Source: Escherichia coli
Lineage (GTDB): Bacteria > Pseudomonadota > Gammaproteobacteria > Enterobacterales > Enterobacteriaceae
Strand: one strand, 5' to 3'
Assembly: GCF_009931435.1 (NCBI RefSeq)
Contig: NZ_CP043414.1
DNA: 64,000 bases
The position numbers and the translations under genes were made by a program. Under the pieces are notes generated by a model. It ran no database searches. It was not told the origin of the DNA and saw only the letters and a program-made list of their open reading frames with translations. This document shows positions 25,625 through 35,745 of the stretch, piece by piece (within the stretch, counting starts at the first letter, position 1; every line of letters starts with the position of its first letter).

Positions 25625-27760
25625 TTATTCGATAAGGCTTTCTGAAGGCGTGATCAGTTGCGGATTCAAGCAGCTTTCATAATAGGCCTGAATCTCTATC
25701 ATGCGAGTGCGATGACGCTGGTAACGACGCCATGCCTGTACGCCATTATAGATGGTGCTGCCCAGCATCGTCAGTAGCAAAAGTGTGGTGCTGAGATAGC
25801 GCCACAGGCCGGAACGATCCGGGATCGGATGAAGGCCTATATGCTGCGTACCATTGGCGTCGGTGAAGATTTTTGTGACGATGCCTTCGGCGTTAAACGG
25901 CGTATGCATTAACATTTGCGCCAGTTTCTGGAAAGCGTTCCACTGTTCTTGCGGCGGGTAGTCGTAAAGTGATGTTGAAGGCCAGGGTTGATCAACAAAA
26001 TCGCTGCCTTCGTCGCTGACAATCAGGAATCCGCCGGGGGCCGGACTGTTAAGTGACTGTGCCGCTCGGGCTGTTTCATGCGTGATGAACGGTGCGGTGG
26101 AGGTCGCCACCAGGTTATCCAGCGATTCCGCACTCACTGGGCGTAATAACACATTCACGCCATCGAGTTTCCCGGCGTTAGCGCGTTTAACCAGCGCGTC
26201 CCAGTCTTTACTGTTGCCGAGATTGACCAGCGCATTTTTCAGTCGCACACAGTCATCTTTGGCAGAACAAAGATCCGCTGTCTTCAGTACGATATCGCCA
26301 AAATCATCAAGCAATACCATGCCGGATTTTTGAATTGCTGAACGTAATGAGGCGCTGACGCGAGATTCATCTTCCGGTTTAGGGTGCAGCTGGCGATTAA
26401 CTGCTTCGGTCAATGCCGTCGCTTTGTTGACCAGTTCAGATTCTGGTAATGGCAATGAGCGGGCGTCATTCCATATGATCTGCGAGCAGTCAAACGGTAA
26501 AAAAGGTGAATTGGTTTTCGCGCTCCAGGTACCGGAAGTGCGAATATTACACATCCCCGTACCGCTAATACGCAATGTATCGCCAACCCGCACGCCAGCG
26601 TCAGCCAGTTGTTTCACGCTGGTGGCTTCAATGGTTTGCGCGCCTTTCATCCACGAGAGGGTGAATTTCAGCGGCATATCCAGCGGGATCCAGAATAACA
26701 GCATAAACAGCACCAGTAGCGAGCCCGCAGCGATAATCGTACTGCGCAGCCAGTGCTGTAACGGAAAGTTTTTTACTTCATCATGCAGCGAAAGATATCG
26801 CCCCTGACGCACTACGTGGCGGTCGAGATAGATATCGATATCGGTTTGTTGGCCGAGATCCTGAGCAATGTAGGGCTGCCAGTGTGCGGGATAGACCAGG
26901 TCGATAATACCGAGTGAAATATTGTTGATCTGTTCCTGATCGTTTTCGCCAAACAATCCCCAACGACGGGGTGTACCGCGCAGACAATGAATTTCCCGCA
27001 GGGAGGATTTTGCCGGGGGCGCGAATAGCCCCCACAGTCCTGCGCCCAGCAGCAGTAACGCGCCGCCTGCCAGCCACGGAACAAATACATCCGGGGTAAT
27101 CAGGCAGAAAAAGAACATCAGGAAGGAGGCGACAATCAGCAACGCTTCGCGCAGCCCGCGCGGACGACTTAGCGCATACTCTTCGTGCGTTTCTTTGCGA
27201 ATATTGAGTAGCTCGATTTGCTCACTCTCTTCCCCGCGAATAGACGCCTGTGTTGACGGAACAGGTTGCAAGGCATAGCCGCGAGTTTCCTGCATGTACT
27301 CCTGCAGCGTATGACCGTTGAGTGAAATAACCAGCGGCAGCGAATCGGTATGAATCAGTTCAACGCTATTCTCATCGTTGATGTACTGCTCCCAGAAAGG
27401 GGGCAGGTGGACTTCTACCGAATCGAGGTAGTAACGCCATTTATTCGGATCGTCGGTAGAGATGCCGTAACGCGTGATAGCGTGTGTCAGCATCATGACG
27501 TTGTTGCTTTCGGCATTCAGCGCCAGAGAGATCGGTGCCGCGCTGGCTCCCGTTGGGCCCGGCACCTGTAATACCTGCGTCAGGCTCTCAAGATAATTTT
27601 CAACGGCGCTACGTTCTTCAGGTGTGAGTTTACGCGTTTGCGCATCCGCGAAGGCGTTGGTCCAGGGCAGCTGACGCCGTCTGGATCGCACTTTTATCAG
27701 CCATCCCGCAAGTAGTGAGCAGGCCAGCAAAGCAGCTAAAAAAATCACAATGGTGCTCAT
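25625..27760 (-). CDS. igaA: Rcs phosphorelay attenuator IgaA
   Basis: 711-aa membrane protein recognised as IgaA/YrfF. Confidence 0.9.
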   Translation of the reverse strand: MSTIVIFLAALLACSLLAGWLIKVRSRRRQLPWTNAFADAQTRKLTPEERSAVENYLESLTQVLQVPGPTGASAAPISLALNAESNNVMMLTHAITRYGISTDDPNKWRYYLDSVEVHLPPFWEQYINDENSVELIHTDSLPLVISLNGHTLQEYMQETRGYALQPVPSTQASIRGEESEQIELLNIRKETHEEYALSRPRGLREALLIVASFLMFFFCLITPDVFVPWLAGGALLLLGAGLWGLFAPPAKSSLREIHCLRGTPRRWGLFGENDQEQINNISLGIIDLVYPAHWQPYIAQDLGQQTDIDIYLDRHVVRQGRYLSLHDEVKNFPLQHWLRSTIIAAGSLLVLFMLLFWIPLDMPLKFTLSWMKGAQTIEATSVKQLADAGVRVGDTLRISGTGMCNIRTSGTWSAKTNSPFLPFDCSQIIWNDARSLPLPESELVNKATALTEAVNRQLHPKPEDESRVSASLRSAIQKSGMVLLDDFGDIVLKTADLCSAKDDCVRLKNALVNLGNSKDWDALVKRANAGKLDGVNVLLRPVSAESLDNLVATSTAPFITHETARAAQSLNSPAPGGFLIVSDEGSDFVDQPWPSTSLYDYPPQEQWNAFQKLAQMLMHTPFNAEGIVTKIFTDANGTQHIGLHPIPDRSGLWRYLSTTLLLLTMLGSTIYNGVQAWRRYQRHRTRMIEIQAYYESCLNPQLITPSESLIE

Positions 27761-28079
27761 GCTTTCCCCATCTTACTTAGTCTGTCAGGCGTGGTCAGTC
27801 GCACCGGACACAATACATGATTCTGCGGTTGGCTATCGGCAAGCGTGGAGTTTAACTTGAGCATCATTAAGCACATCACAGTAACCGCTGATCATAGCAA
27901 ACCCTCTGAAGGCGGAATATCAGCAAATTCCTGGAGTTATTTCAACCTATTGACTTTTAATTTGATTTGAGGATGATTATTTAATAAGTTACATAAATGT
28001 AAATAACATGCAATTCACATTGCCGAAAGCGTGTCCGATATCGCACAATAACCGCTGATTTCACAGCATAGATCCCACG

Positions 28080-28640
28080 ATGAGCAAATCATTACAAAAA
28101 CCCACCATTCTGAATGTTGAAACTGTAGCCCGTTCACGACTGTTTACCGTCGAAAGCGTGGATCTGGAGTTCAGCAATGGCGTGCGGCGTGTTTATGAAC
28201 GAATGCGTCCAACCAACCGGGAAGCGGTGATGATTGTGCCGATTGTGGACGATCACCTGATCCTGATCCGCGAATACGCAGTGGGAACGGAATCCTACGA
28301 ATTAGGTTTTTCGAAAGGATTAATTGATCCGGGTGAAAGCGTCTACGAAGCCGCTAACCGCGAGCTAAAAGAAGAGGTTGGATTTGGTGCGAACGATCTG
28401 ACTTTTTTGAAGAAGCTCAGCATGGCACCGTCTTACTTTTCCAGCAAAATGAATATCGTAGTAGCGCAAGATCTCTACCCGGAATCGCTGGAAGGCGATG
28501 AGCCAGAGCCGCTACCACAGGTGCGCTGGCCGCTGGCGCATATGATGGATTTGCTGGAAGATCCTGACTTCAACGAAGCACGTAATGTCAGCGCACTGTT
28601 CCTCGTGCGCGAGTGGTTGAAGGAGCAGGGGCGAGTGTAA
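28080..28640 (+). CDS. nudE: ADP compounds hydrolase NudE (Nudix)
   Basis: 186 aa; Nudix box (GLIDPGESVYEAANRELKEEVG). Confidence 0.93.
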   Translation: MSKSLQKPTILNVETVARSRLFTVESVDLEFSNGVRRVYERMRPTNREAVMIVPIVDDHLILIREYAVGTESYELGFSKGLIDPGESVYEAANRELKEEVGFGANDLTFLKKLSMAPSYFSSKMNIVVAQDLYPESLEGDEPEPLPQVRWPLAHMMDLLEDPDFNEARNVSALFLVREWLKEQGRV

Positions 28641-28653
28641 ATGCGTGAAGTTT

Positions 28654-28683
28654 GCCTGATGCACAATGCTTATCAGGCCTGCG
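28654..28683. repeat. REP-like palindrome
   Basis: gcctgatgcacaatgcttatcaggcctgc. Confidence 0.5.
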
Positions 28684-28721
28684 CGGCTCCTGCAATATAT
28701 TGATTTTTATCGATATTTTCA

Positions 28722-28751
28722 GACGGATAACGTGTTCACGCCGTATCCGGT
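28722..28751. repeat. REP-like palindrome
   Basis: gacggataacgtgttcacgccgtatccggt, resembling the inverse orientation of canonical REP. Confidence 0.5.
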
Positions 28752-28781
28752 ATAAATAAAGTGACACTTTGTCAGCAAACA

Positions 28782-28807
28782 GAAAAAGGCGCCGAAGCGC
28801 CTTTTTA
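28782..28807. terminator. bidirectional terminator between nudE and mrcA
   Basis: aaaaaggcgc cgaa gcgccttttt; perfect stem with A-run and T-run on both sides. Confidence 0.75.
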
Positions 28808-28808
28808 A

Positions 28809-31361
28809 TCAGAACAATTCCTGTGCCTCGCCATTATCGATAATGGTCGTTCCCACCTCGTGCACCGCCTGTTGTGTCGGCTGTGTACCTTCGATGAAAT
28901 ACTCTTCGCGGCTGTTGCCACCATTAGCTAACTGCCCGGTGCTGCGATCGATATTCACCGTCACAATACCCGGCGGCGGCGTCAGCGGCTGTTCCGGCAC
29001 GCCTTCAAGAACGGCTTTCATATAAGCGTCCCATGCAGGCTGGGCACTCTTGGCACCGCCTTCGTAACCTGAGATCTGATCTTTAATCGCTCCGGAAGCC
29101 GTTGTATGACCGAGATTACGGCGGTGATCATCAAAGCCAATCCAAACCGAGGTCACAACGCCCGGACCGTAACCCGAGAACCACGCATCTTTCGAACTGT
29201 TAGTGGTACCCGTTTTTCCGCCGATATCATGCCGTTGTAAATCACGACCTGCTCGCCAGCCGGTACCCTGCCAGCCTGGCTCACCAAAAATATTGGTGTT
29301 CAGGGCGCTCTTAATCAGGAATGCCAGCGGAGTGTTGATGACGTGCGGTGCGTACTCCTGCGCGCCAGTCTTCGCGACTAACGCCTGATTCGCCTGCTCC
29401 AGCTGCGGCATTGGTACAGAAGCATTCTGCTGCTCGCGGGAGATAGCGACATCTTCAACATCGTTATTTTCCAGCACGTTCGATTTCTGCGTATCACCGT
29501 AAATCACCGGAATATCGCATTCCGGGCAGGCTACTTTCGGTTTCGCTTCGAAAATCACGCCGCCCTGATCGTTTTCAATTTTGCTGATAAACCACGGGTC
29601 CACCAGGAAGCCGCCGTTCGCCATTACCGCGTAGCCGCGCGCCACCTGCATTGGGGTGAAGGACGCTGAACCCAGCGCCAGCGATTCGGTGTGGACAATG
29701 TTTTGCGCCGGGAAGCCGAAGCGTTGCAGATATTCTGCAGCGTAGTCGACGCCCATCGCCCGCATTGCGCGTACCATCACCACGTTTTTCGACTGGCCCA
29801 GTCCCTGACGTAAGCGAATTGGACCGGCATACTGTGGTGGTGAGTTCTTCGGCTGCCAGTCAGAACCGGCACCTGCATCCCAGCGGGAAATTGGCACATC
29901 GTTCAACATACTTGCCAGCGTCAGACCTTTATCCATCGCCGCGGTGTAGAGGAACGGTTTGATGTTGGAACCTACCTGACGCAGTGCCTGGGTGGCGCGG
30001 TTAAACTTGCTCTGATTGAAATCAAAGCCACCGACCAGCGCCATAACGGCACCGTTTTGCGGATTGATCGACACCAGCGCCGAGTTCACTTCCGGCACTT
30101 GTGCCAGCCACCATGTATCGCCAACCTGACGAACCCAGATTTGCTGACCCGTTTGCAGAACATCGGTCACTTTACGCGGCGTCGGTCCCTGCTGAGTATC
30201 CGAACGGTAAGGACGCGCCCAGCGAACGCCTTCCATACTCAATGCGACGGTCGACCCGTCCGCCAGCATCGCCGTCGCTTCCTGAGGATTGGCGCTGGTG
30301 ACTGCGGCAGGCAGCAGCGGACCATAGGTCGGCAGCGCCTTCAGCGTATCGGTAATCTTGTTGTTATCCCACGCCGATTCGCCCACTTTCCACAGCACAT
30401 TTGCCGGGCCGCGATAGCCGTGGCGCATGTCGTAGTCCAGCACGTTATTACGTACTGCCTGCTGTGCGGCCTGCTGTACTTTGCGGGTGATGGTGGTGTA
30501 AATGCGATAACCGTCTTCATAGGCACTTTCGCCATAACGGTTATACATCTCCTGGCGCACCATTTCGCTCAGGTACGGCGCAGAGAAAGCAATCTCCGGC
30601 GCGTGATAGTTAGCGTTAATCGCCTCAGTGCGTGTCTGATCGAACTGTTGTTGGGTGATATACCCTTCATCCAGCATCCGCGACAGTACGACGTTACGCC
30701 GCGCGACGGCACGATCCATTGAGTAGAGCGGATTAAAGGTGGAAGGCGCTTTCGGCAGCCCGGCTATCACCGCCATTTCGTTCAGCGTCAGTTGGTCGAC
30801 CGTTTTACCGAAATAGACTTGTGCCGCAGCACCGACACCATAGGCGCGGTAACCGAGGTAAATCTTGTTCAGATAAAGCTCGAGGATCTCGTCTTTCGTC
30901 AGCAACTGTTCAATGCGAATCGCGAGGAAGACTTCCTTAATCTTACGCATCAGCGTGCGTTCTGGACTGAGGAAGAAGTTTCTCGCCAGCTGCTGGGTAA
31001 TGGTACTCGCCCCTTGTGACGCGTGGCCGGAGAACAGCGCCACACTTGCCGCACGGAAGATCCCCACCGGGTCAACGCCGTGATGCTCGTAGAAGCGGCT
31101 GTCTTCCGTCGCGATAAAGGCTTTCACCATCTCCGGCGGGATTTGATCCAACGTAACCGGAATACGACGTTTCTCACCGTATTGAGCAATCAGCTCGCCA
31201 TCGGCGCTGTAAATCTGCATCGGAATTTGCAGGCGAACATCTTTTAATGTCGCCACATCCGGCAGTTGTGGCTCGATGTAGCGGTATAGGCCATAAATCG
31301 AGCCTGCTCCCAGCAGAATGCAACAGACTGCAAGGATCAAAAAATACTTTACGAACTTCAC
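28809..31361 (-). CDS. mrcA: penicillin-binding protein 1A
   Basis: 850 aa from a GTG start (VKFVKYFLIL); ORF track shows an 8-codon upstream extension; glycosyltransferase and transpeptidase motifs. Confidence 0.93.
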   Translation of the reverse strand: MKFVKYFLILAVCCILLGAGSIYGLYRYIEPQLPDVATLKDVRLQIPMQIYSADGELIAQYGEKRRIPVTLDQIPPEMVKAFIATEDSRFYEHHGVDPVGIFRAASVALFSGHASQGASTITQQLARNFFLSPERTLMRKIKEVFLAIRIEQLLTKDEILELYLNKIYLGYRAYGVGAAAQVYFGKTVDQLTLNEMAVIAGLPKAPSTFNPLYSMDRAVARRNVVLSRMLDEGYITQQQFDQTRTEAINANYHAPEIAFSAPYLSEMVRQEMYNRYGESAYEDGYRIYTTITRKVQQAAQQAVRNNVLDYDMRHGYRGPANVLWKVGESAWDNNKITDTLKALPTYGPLLPAAVTSANPQEATAMLADGSTVALSMEGVRWARPYRSDTQQGPTPRKVTDVLQTGQQIWVRQVGDTWWLAQVPEVNSALVSINPQNGAVMALVGGFDFNQSKFNRATQALRQVGSNIKPFLYTAAMDKGLTLASMLNDVPISRWDAGAGSDWQPKNSPPQYAGPIRLRQGLGQSKNVVMVRAMRAMGVDYAAEYLQRFGFPAQNIVHTESLALGSASFTPMQVARGYAVMANGGFLVDPWFISKIENDQGGVIFEAKPKVACPECDIPVIYGDTQKSNVLENNDVEDVAISREQQNASVPMPQLEQANQALVAKTGAQEYAPHVINTPLAFLIKSALNTNIFGEPGWQGTGWRAGRDLQRHDIGGKTGTTNSSKDAWFSGYGPGVVTSVWIGFDDHRRNLGHTTASGAIKDQISGYEGGAKSAQPAWDAYMKAVLEGVPEQPLTPPPGIVTVNIDRSTGQLANGGNSREEYFIEGTQPTQQAVHEVGTTIIDNGEAQELF

Positions 31362-31480
31362 TGGAAATTTCCCATTTAGTTTCATTTGGGCAGTTTATAA
31401 ACAAACGCGCGGTAGTATAAAGGCAAGCCAGACGCATTGATATACCCGTCAGAGTGACGGGTGATAAGGAGATCATCACA

Positions 31481-32260
31481 ATGGCATTTAAGATCTGGCA
31501 AATTGGTTTGCATTTACAACAGCAAGAAGCGGTGGCGGTTGCGATCGTGCGGGGCGCAAAAGAATGCTTTTTGCAACGCTGGTGGCGGTTGCCGCTGGCG
31601 AACGACATAATCAAAGATGGGCGGATTGTCGATGCACAGCGGCTGGCTAAAACGTTGTTACCGTGGAGTCGCGAACTGCCGCAGCGTCATCACATTATGT
31701 TGGCGTTTCCCGCCAGTCGCACATTACAGCGGTCATTTCCGCGCCCGTCGATGTCCCTTGGTGAGCGGGAGCAAACGGCCTGGCTGTCCGGGACGATGGC
31801 CCGCGAGCTGGATATGGATCCGGACTCCCTGCGCTTCGATTACAGCGAAGACTCACTCAGTCCCGCCTATAACGTGACTGCCGCGCAAAGCAAAGAGCTG
31901 GCAACGCTGCTTACTTTGGCAGAAAGGTTGCGTGTTCATGTTAGTGCGATCACCCCGGATGCCAGTGCATTACAGCGATTCCTGCCTTTTTTACCTTCTC
32001 ATCAGCAATGTCTGGCCTGGCGTGATAACGAACAGTGGCTGTGGGCGACGCGCTATAGCTGGGGGCGCAAACTGGCGGTGGGGATGACTAGCGCGAAGGA
32101 GCTGGCGGCAGCGTTATCCGTTGATCCCGAAAGCGTCGCGCTATGTGGCGAAGGCGGATTTGACCCGTGGGAGGCGGTTTCTGTTCGTCAGCCGCCGCTA
32201 CCGCCGCCAGGTGGAGACTTTGCCATCGCGCTGGGGCTGGCGCTAGGGAAGGCGTACTGA
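31481..32260 (+). CDS. hofM: type IV pilus assembly protein HofM (PilM-like)
   Basis: 259 aa from MAFKIWQIG; first gene of the hofMNOPQ cluster divergent from mrcA. Confidence 0.88.
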   Translation: MAFKIWQIGLHLQQQEAVAVAIVRGAKECFLQRWWRLPLANDIIKDGRIVDAQRLAKTLLPWSRELPQRHHIMLAFPASRTLQRSFPRPSMSLGEREQTAWLSGTMARELDMDPDSLRFDYSEDSLSPAYNVTAAQSKELATLLTLAERLRVHVSAITPDASALQRFLPFLPSHQQCLAWRDNEQWLWATRYSWGRKLAVGMTSAKELAAALSVDPESVALCGEGGFDPWEAVSVRQPPLPPPGGDFAIALGLALGKAY

Positions 32261-32799
32261 TGAACCCGCCAATTAATTTTTTGCCCTGGCGACAGCAACG
32301 CCGGACCGCTTTTCTTCGTTTCTGGTTGCTGATGTTCGTTGCGCCTCTGCTGCTGACCGTCGGGATAACGCTAATATTGCGTCTGACAAGCAACGCCGAA
32401 GCTCGCGTAGATGCCGTTTTGCTTCAGGCGGAACAACAACTCGCCCACAGCTTACAAATAACGAAACCACGTTTGCTGGAGCGCCAACAAATTCGTGAGC
32501 AGCGTTTGCAAAGGCAGCGCCAGCGACAATTTACCCGTGACTGGCAATCTGCGCTGGAAGCACTGGCGGCGCTTTTACCCGAGCACGCCTGGCTGACAAC
32601 GATAAGCTGGCAGCAGGGAACGCTGGAGATCAAGGGGCTAACAACAAGCATTACCGCGTTAAACGCGCTGGAAACGTCACTCCGCCAGGATGCTTCTTTT
32701 CATCTCAATCAGCGGGGGGCCACGCAGCAGGATGCGCAGGGACGCTGGCAATTTGAGTATCAGTTAACAAGGAAGGTTAGCGATGGACATGCTCTTTGA
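32260..32799 (+). CDS. hofN: type IV pilus assembly protein HofN (PilN-like)
   Basis: 179 aa from MNPPINFLPWRQQRR; start overlaps hofM stop. Confidence 0.85.
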   Translation: MNPPINFLPWRQQRRTAFLRFWLLMFVAPLLLTVGITLILRLTSNAEARVDAVLLQAEQQLAHSLQITKPRLLERQQIREQRLQRQRQRQFTRDWQSALEALAALLPEHAWLTTISWQQGTLEIKGLTTSITALNALETSLRQDASFHLNQRGATQQDAQGRWQFEYQLTRKVSDGHAL

Positions 32800-33223
32800 C
32801 TGGTGGTTCGCCACATCACCCCGCCTCCGCCAGCTTTGCTGGGCATTCTGGTTGATGATGTTAGTTACGCTCATTTTTCTGTCATCGACACACCAGGAAG
32901 AGAGCGACGCATTAATTCGACTACGGGCAAGTCATTACCAGCAGTGGACCGCACTGTATCGCCAGGTAAACACCACTCCCTTCAGCGAGGAAAAAACGCA
33001 GCCCTTTTCGCCACTGGATTTTCAGTTATCCGGCGCGCAACTGGTTTACTGGCATCCATCCGCGCAGGGAGGTGAGTTGGCGTTGAAAACGCTGTGGGAA
33101 GCAGTGCCGTCGGCATTTACACGGCTGGCAGAGCGCAACGTCAGCGTGAGCCGTTTTTCGTTAAGCGTGGAAGGTGATGACCTTTTGTTCACGCTACAAC
33201 TGGAGACGCCGCATGAGGGTTAA
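32783..33223 (+). CDS. hofO: type IV pilus assembly protein HofO
   Basis: 146-aa ORF overlapping hofN. Confidence 0.85.
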   Translation: MDMLFDWWFATSPRLRQLCWAFWLMMLVTLIFLSSTHQEESDALIRLRASHYQQWTALYRQVNTTPFSEEKTQPFSPLDFQLSGAQLVYWHPSAQGGELALKTLWEAVPSAFTRLAERNVSVSRFSLSVEGDDLLFTLQLETPHEG

Positions 33224-33617
33224 ACGCTGGTTGTTAGCAGGCATTGCATTGTGCCTTTTAACCGGTATGCGTGACCCTTTTAAACCGCCGGAAGATCTAT
33301 GCCGGATTAGCGAACTTAGCCAGTGGCGCTATCAGGGGATGGTAGGGCGAGGCGAGCGCATCATCGGTGTAATAAAAGATGGGCAAAAAAAATGGCGACG
33401 GGTGCAGCAAAACGATGTGCTGGAAAACGGCTGGACGATCTTACAGCTAACGCCAGACGCACTAACGCTGGGAACCGGGACAAACTGCGAACCGCCACAA
33501 TGGTTGTGGCAACGGCAAGGAGATACAAATGAAGCAATGGATAGCCGCACTACTGTTGATGCTGATACCCGGCGTACAGGCGGCAAAGCCGCAAAAAGTG
33601 ACGCTGATGGTGGATGA
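33213..33617 (+). CDS. hofP: type IV pilus assembly lipoprotein HofP
   Basis: 134 aa from MRVKRWLLAGIALCLLTG (lipoprotein-like signal). Confidence 0.82.
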   Translation: MRVKRWLLAGIALCLLTGMRDPFKPPEDLCRISELSQWRYQGMVGRGERIIGVIKDGQKKWRRVQQNDVLENGWTILQLTPDALTLGTGTNCEPPQWLWQRQGDTNEAMDSRTTVDADTRRTGGKAAKSDADGG

Positions 33618-34767
33618 CGTTCCGGTAGCTCAGGTGTTGCAGGCGCTGGCTGAACAGGAGAAGTTGAACCTGGTGGTGTCGCCAGACGTCAGCGGTACGG
33701 TGTCGTTACATCTAACAGATGTTCCCTGGAAGCAAGTACTACAAACTGTAGTGAAAAGCGCCGGACTGATAACGCGTCAGGAGGGCAACATTCTCTCGGT
33801 GCATTCCGTTGCCTGGCAGAATGACAATATCGCCCGTCAGGAGGCGGAGCAGGCGCGGGCGCAGGCAAATCTGCCGCTGGAAAATCGCAGTATAACCCTG
33901 CAATACGCCGACGCGGGAGAACTGGCGAAAGCGGGGGAGAAGCTACTGAGTGCCAAAGGGAGTATGACCGTCGATAAACGCACCAATCGCCTTTTGCTGC
34001 GAGATAACAAAGCGGCGTTAAGCGCGCTTGAACAGTGGGTAGCGCAAATGGATCTGCCGGTCGGGCAGGTTGAGCTGTCGGCGCATATTGTCACCATTAA
34101 TGAAAAAAGTTTGCGTGAGTTAGGCGTGAAATGGACGTTGGCTGATGCGCAACAAACTGGTGGCGTTGGGCAAGTCACCACGCTTGGCAGCGACCTCTCC
34201 GTAGCGACGGCGACAACGCATGTCGGTTTTAACATTGGACGCATCAACGGACGTTTACTGGATCTTGAGCTTTCCGCGCTCGAACAAAAACAGCAGCTGG
34301 ATATTATCGCCAGCCCGCGTCTGCTGGCCTCACATCTTCAGCCTGCCAGCATTAAACAAGGGAGCGAAATTCCATATCAGGTTTCCAGCGGGGAAAGTGG
34401 CGCGACGTCGGTGGAATTTAAAGAGGCCGTCCTGGGGATGGAAGTTACGCCCACGGTGTTACAAAAAGGTCGCATCCGGCTGAAATTACACATCAGCCAG
34501 AACGTTCCGGGGCAGGTGCTACAGCAGGCCGATGGCGAAGTGCTGGCGATTGATAAGCAGGAGATCGAAACGCAGGTCGAGGTCAAAAGCGGAGAAACGT
34601 TGGCGCTGGGTGGCATTTTTACCCGTAAAAATAAATCGGGTCAGGATAGCGTACCGTTGCTTGGCGACATTCCCTGGTTCGGGCAATTATTTCGTCATGA
34701 CGGAAAAGAAGATGAACGACGCGAGTTAGTGGTGTTTATCACGCCACGACTGGTTTCCAGTGAGTAA
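33529..34767 (+). CDS. hofQ: secretin HofQ (PilQ/ComE-like)
   Basis: 412 aa; signal peptide; secretin C-terminus (GETLALGGIF ... VPLLGDIPWFGQLF). Confidence 0.92.
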   Translation: MKQWIAALLLMLIPGVQAAKPQKVTLMVDDVPVAQVLQALAEQEKLNLVVSPDVSGTVSLHLTDVPWKQVLQTVVKSAGLITRQEGNILSVHSVAWQNDNIARQEAEQARAQANLPLENRSITLQYADAGELAKAGEKLLSAKGSMTVDKRTNRLLLRDNKAALSALEQWVAQMDLPVGQVELSAHIVTINEKSLRELGVKWTLADAQQTGGVGQVTTLGSDLSVATATTHVGFNIGRINGRLLDLELSALEQKQQLDIIASPRLLASHLQPASIKQGSEIPYQVSSGESGATSVEFKEAVLGMEVTPTVLQKGRIRLKLHISQNVPGQVLQQADGEVLAIDKQEIETQVEVKSGETLALGGIFTRKNKSGQDSVPLLGDIPWFGQLFRHDGKEDERRELVVFITPRLVSSE

Positions 34768-35167
34768 ACAGCCGTAAAAGCGGTAATGTTTTTACGCTGA
34801 ACGTGTTTCATCTATTTGACGCGCGCAGGTATTTAGCATACAAGGAGTACCGATTTGAGAGTTGGTGCTCTTCGCTGCCTGCGTTCCATGATGATGATTT
34901 ATCATTCAGGCGGCATTTTGCTGTCTTTTTTACGCTAATCTTACCCGGTGATTTATCGCCAGAGCGGTGGTAGCAAGGCAGCGCGCTTGCAGCGACCAGA
35001 TATGCAGAGGGATGGGTGATTTATTCAGTTGCCAAACCCGCTGGAGTATTGAGATAATTTTCAGTCTGACTCTCGCAATATCTTATGAGGTTTCAGTTCA
35101 TGTCCTGCGGCGCTCTCTGAGCGAAGCGGGTTTATCATTAACGAATAGTCTTAGTAGTACCGAAAAA

Positions 35168-35689
35168 ATGGCAGAGAAACGCAATATCTTTCTGGTTGGG
35201 CCTATGGGTGCCGGAAAAAGCACTATTGGGCGCCAGTTAGCTCAACAACTCAATATGGAATTTTACGATTCCGATCAAGAGATTGAGAAACGAACCGGAG
35301 CTGATGTGGGCTGGGTTTTCGATTTAGAAGGCGAAGAAGGCTTCCGCGATCGCGAAGAAAAGGTCATCAATGAGTTGACCGAGAAACAGGGTATTGTGCT
35401 GGCTACTGGCGGCGGCTCTGTGAAATCCCGCGAAACGCGTAACCGTCTTTCCGCTCGTGGCGTTGTCGTTTATCTTGAAACGACCATCGAAAAGCAACTT
35501 GCACGCACGCAGCGTGATAAAAAACGCCCGTTGCTGCACGTTGAAACACCGCCGCGTGAAGTTCTGGAAGCGTTGGCCAATGAACGCAATCCGCTGTATG
35601 AAGAGATTGCCGACGTGACCATTCGTACTGATGATCAAAGCGCTAAAGTGGTCGCAAACCAGATTATTCACATGCTGGAAAGCAACTAA
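35168..35689 (+). CDS. aroK: shikimate kinase I
   Basis: 173 aa from [19 protein letters not shown] (Walker A); ORF track shows a long upstream in-frame extension that is not the gene. Confidence 0.95.
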   Translation: MAEKRNIFLVGPMGAGKSTIGRQLAQQLNMEFYDSDQEIEKRTGADVGWVFDLEGEEGFRDREEKVINELTEKQGIVLATGGGSVKSRETRNRLSARGVVVYLETTIEKQLARTQRDKKRPLLHVETPPREVLEALANERNPLYEEIADVTIRTDDQSAKVVANQIIHMLESN

Positions 35690-35745
35690 TTCTGGCTTTA
35701 TATACACTCGTCTGCGGGTACAGTAATTAAGGTGGATGTCGCGTT

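Noticed and set aside
30057-30722. 221-aa plus-strand ORF
   Set aside because: Antisense to mrcA; Arg-rich shadow frame.
34967-35167. Long N-terminal extension of the aroK ORF (start at 34967)
   Set aside because: The recognisable AroK sequence with its Walker A motif begins at the ATG at 35168; the upstream in-frame stretch is leader sequence.
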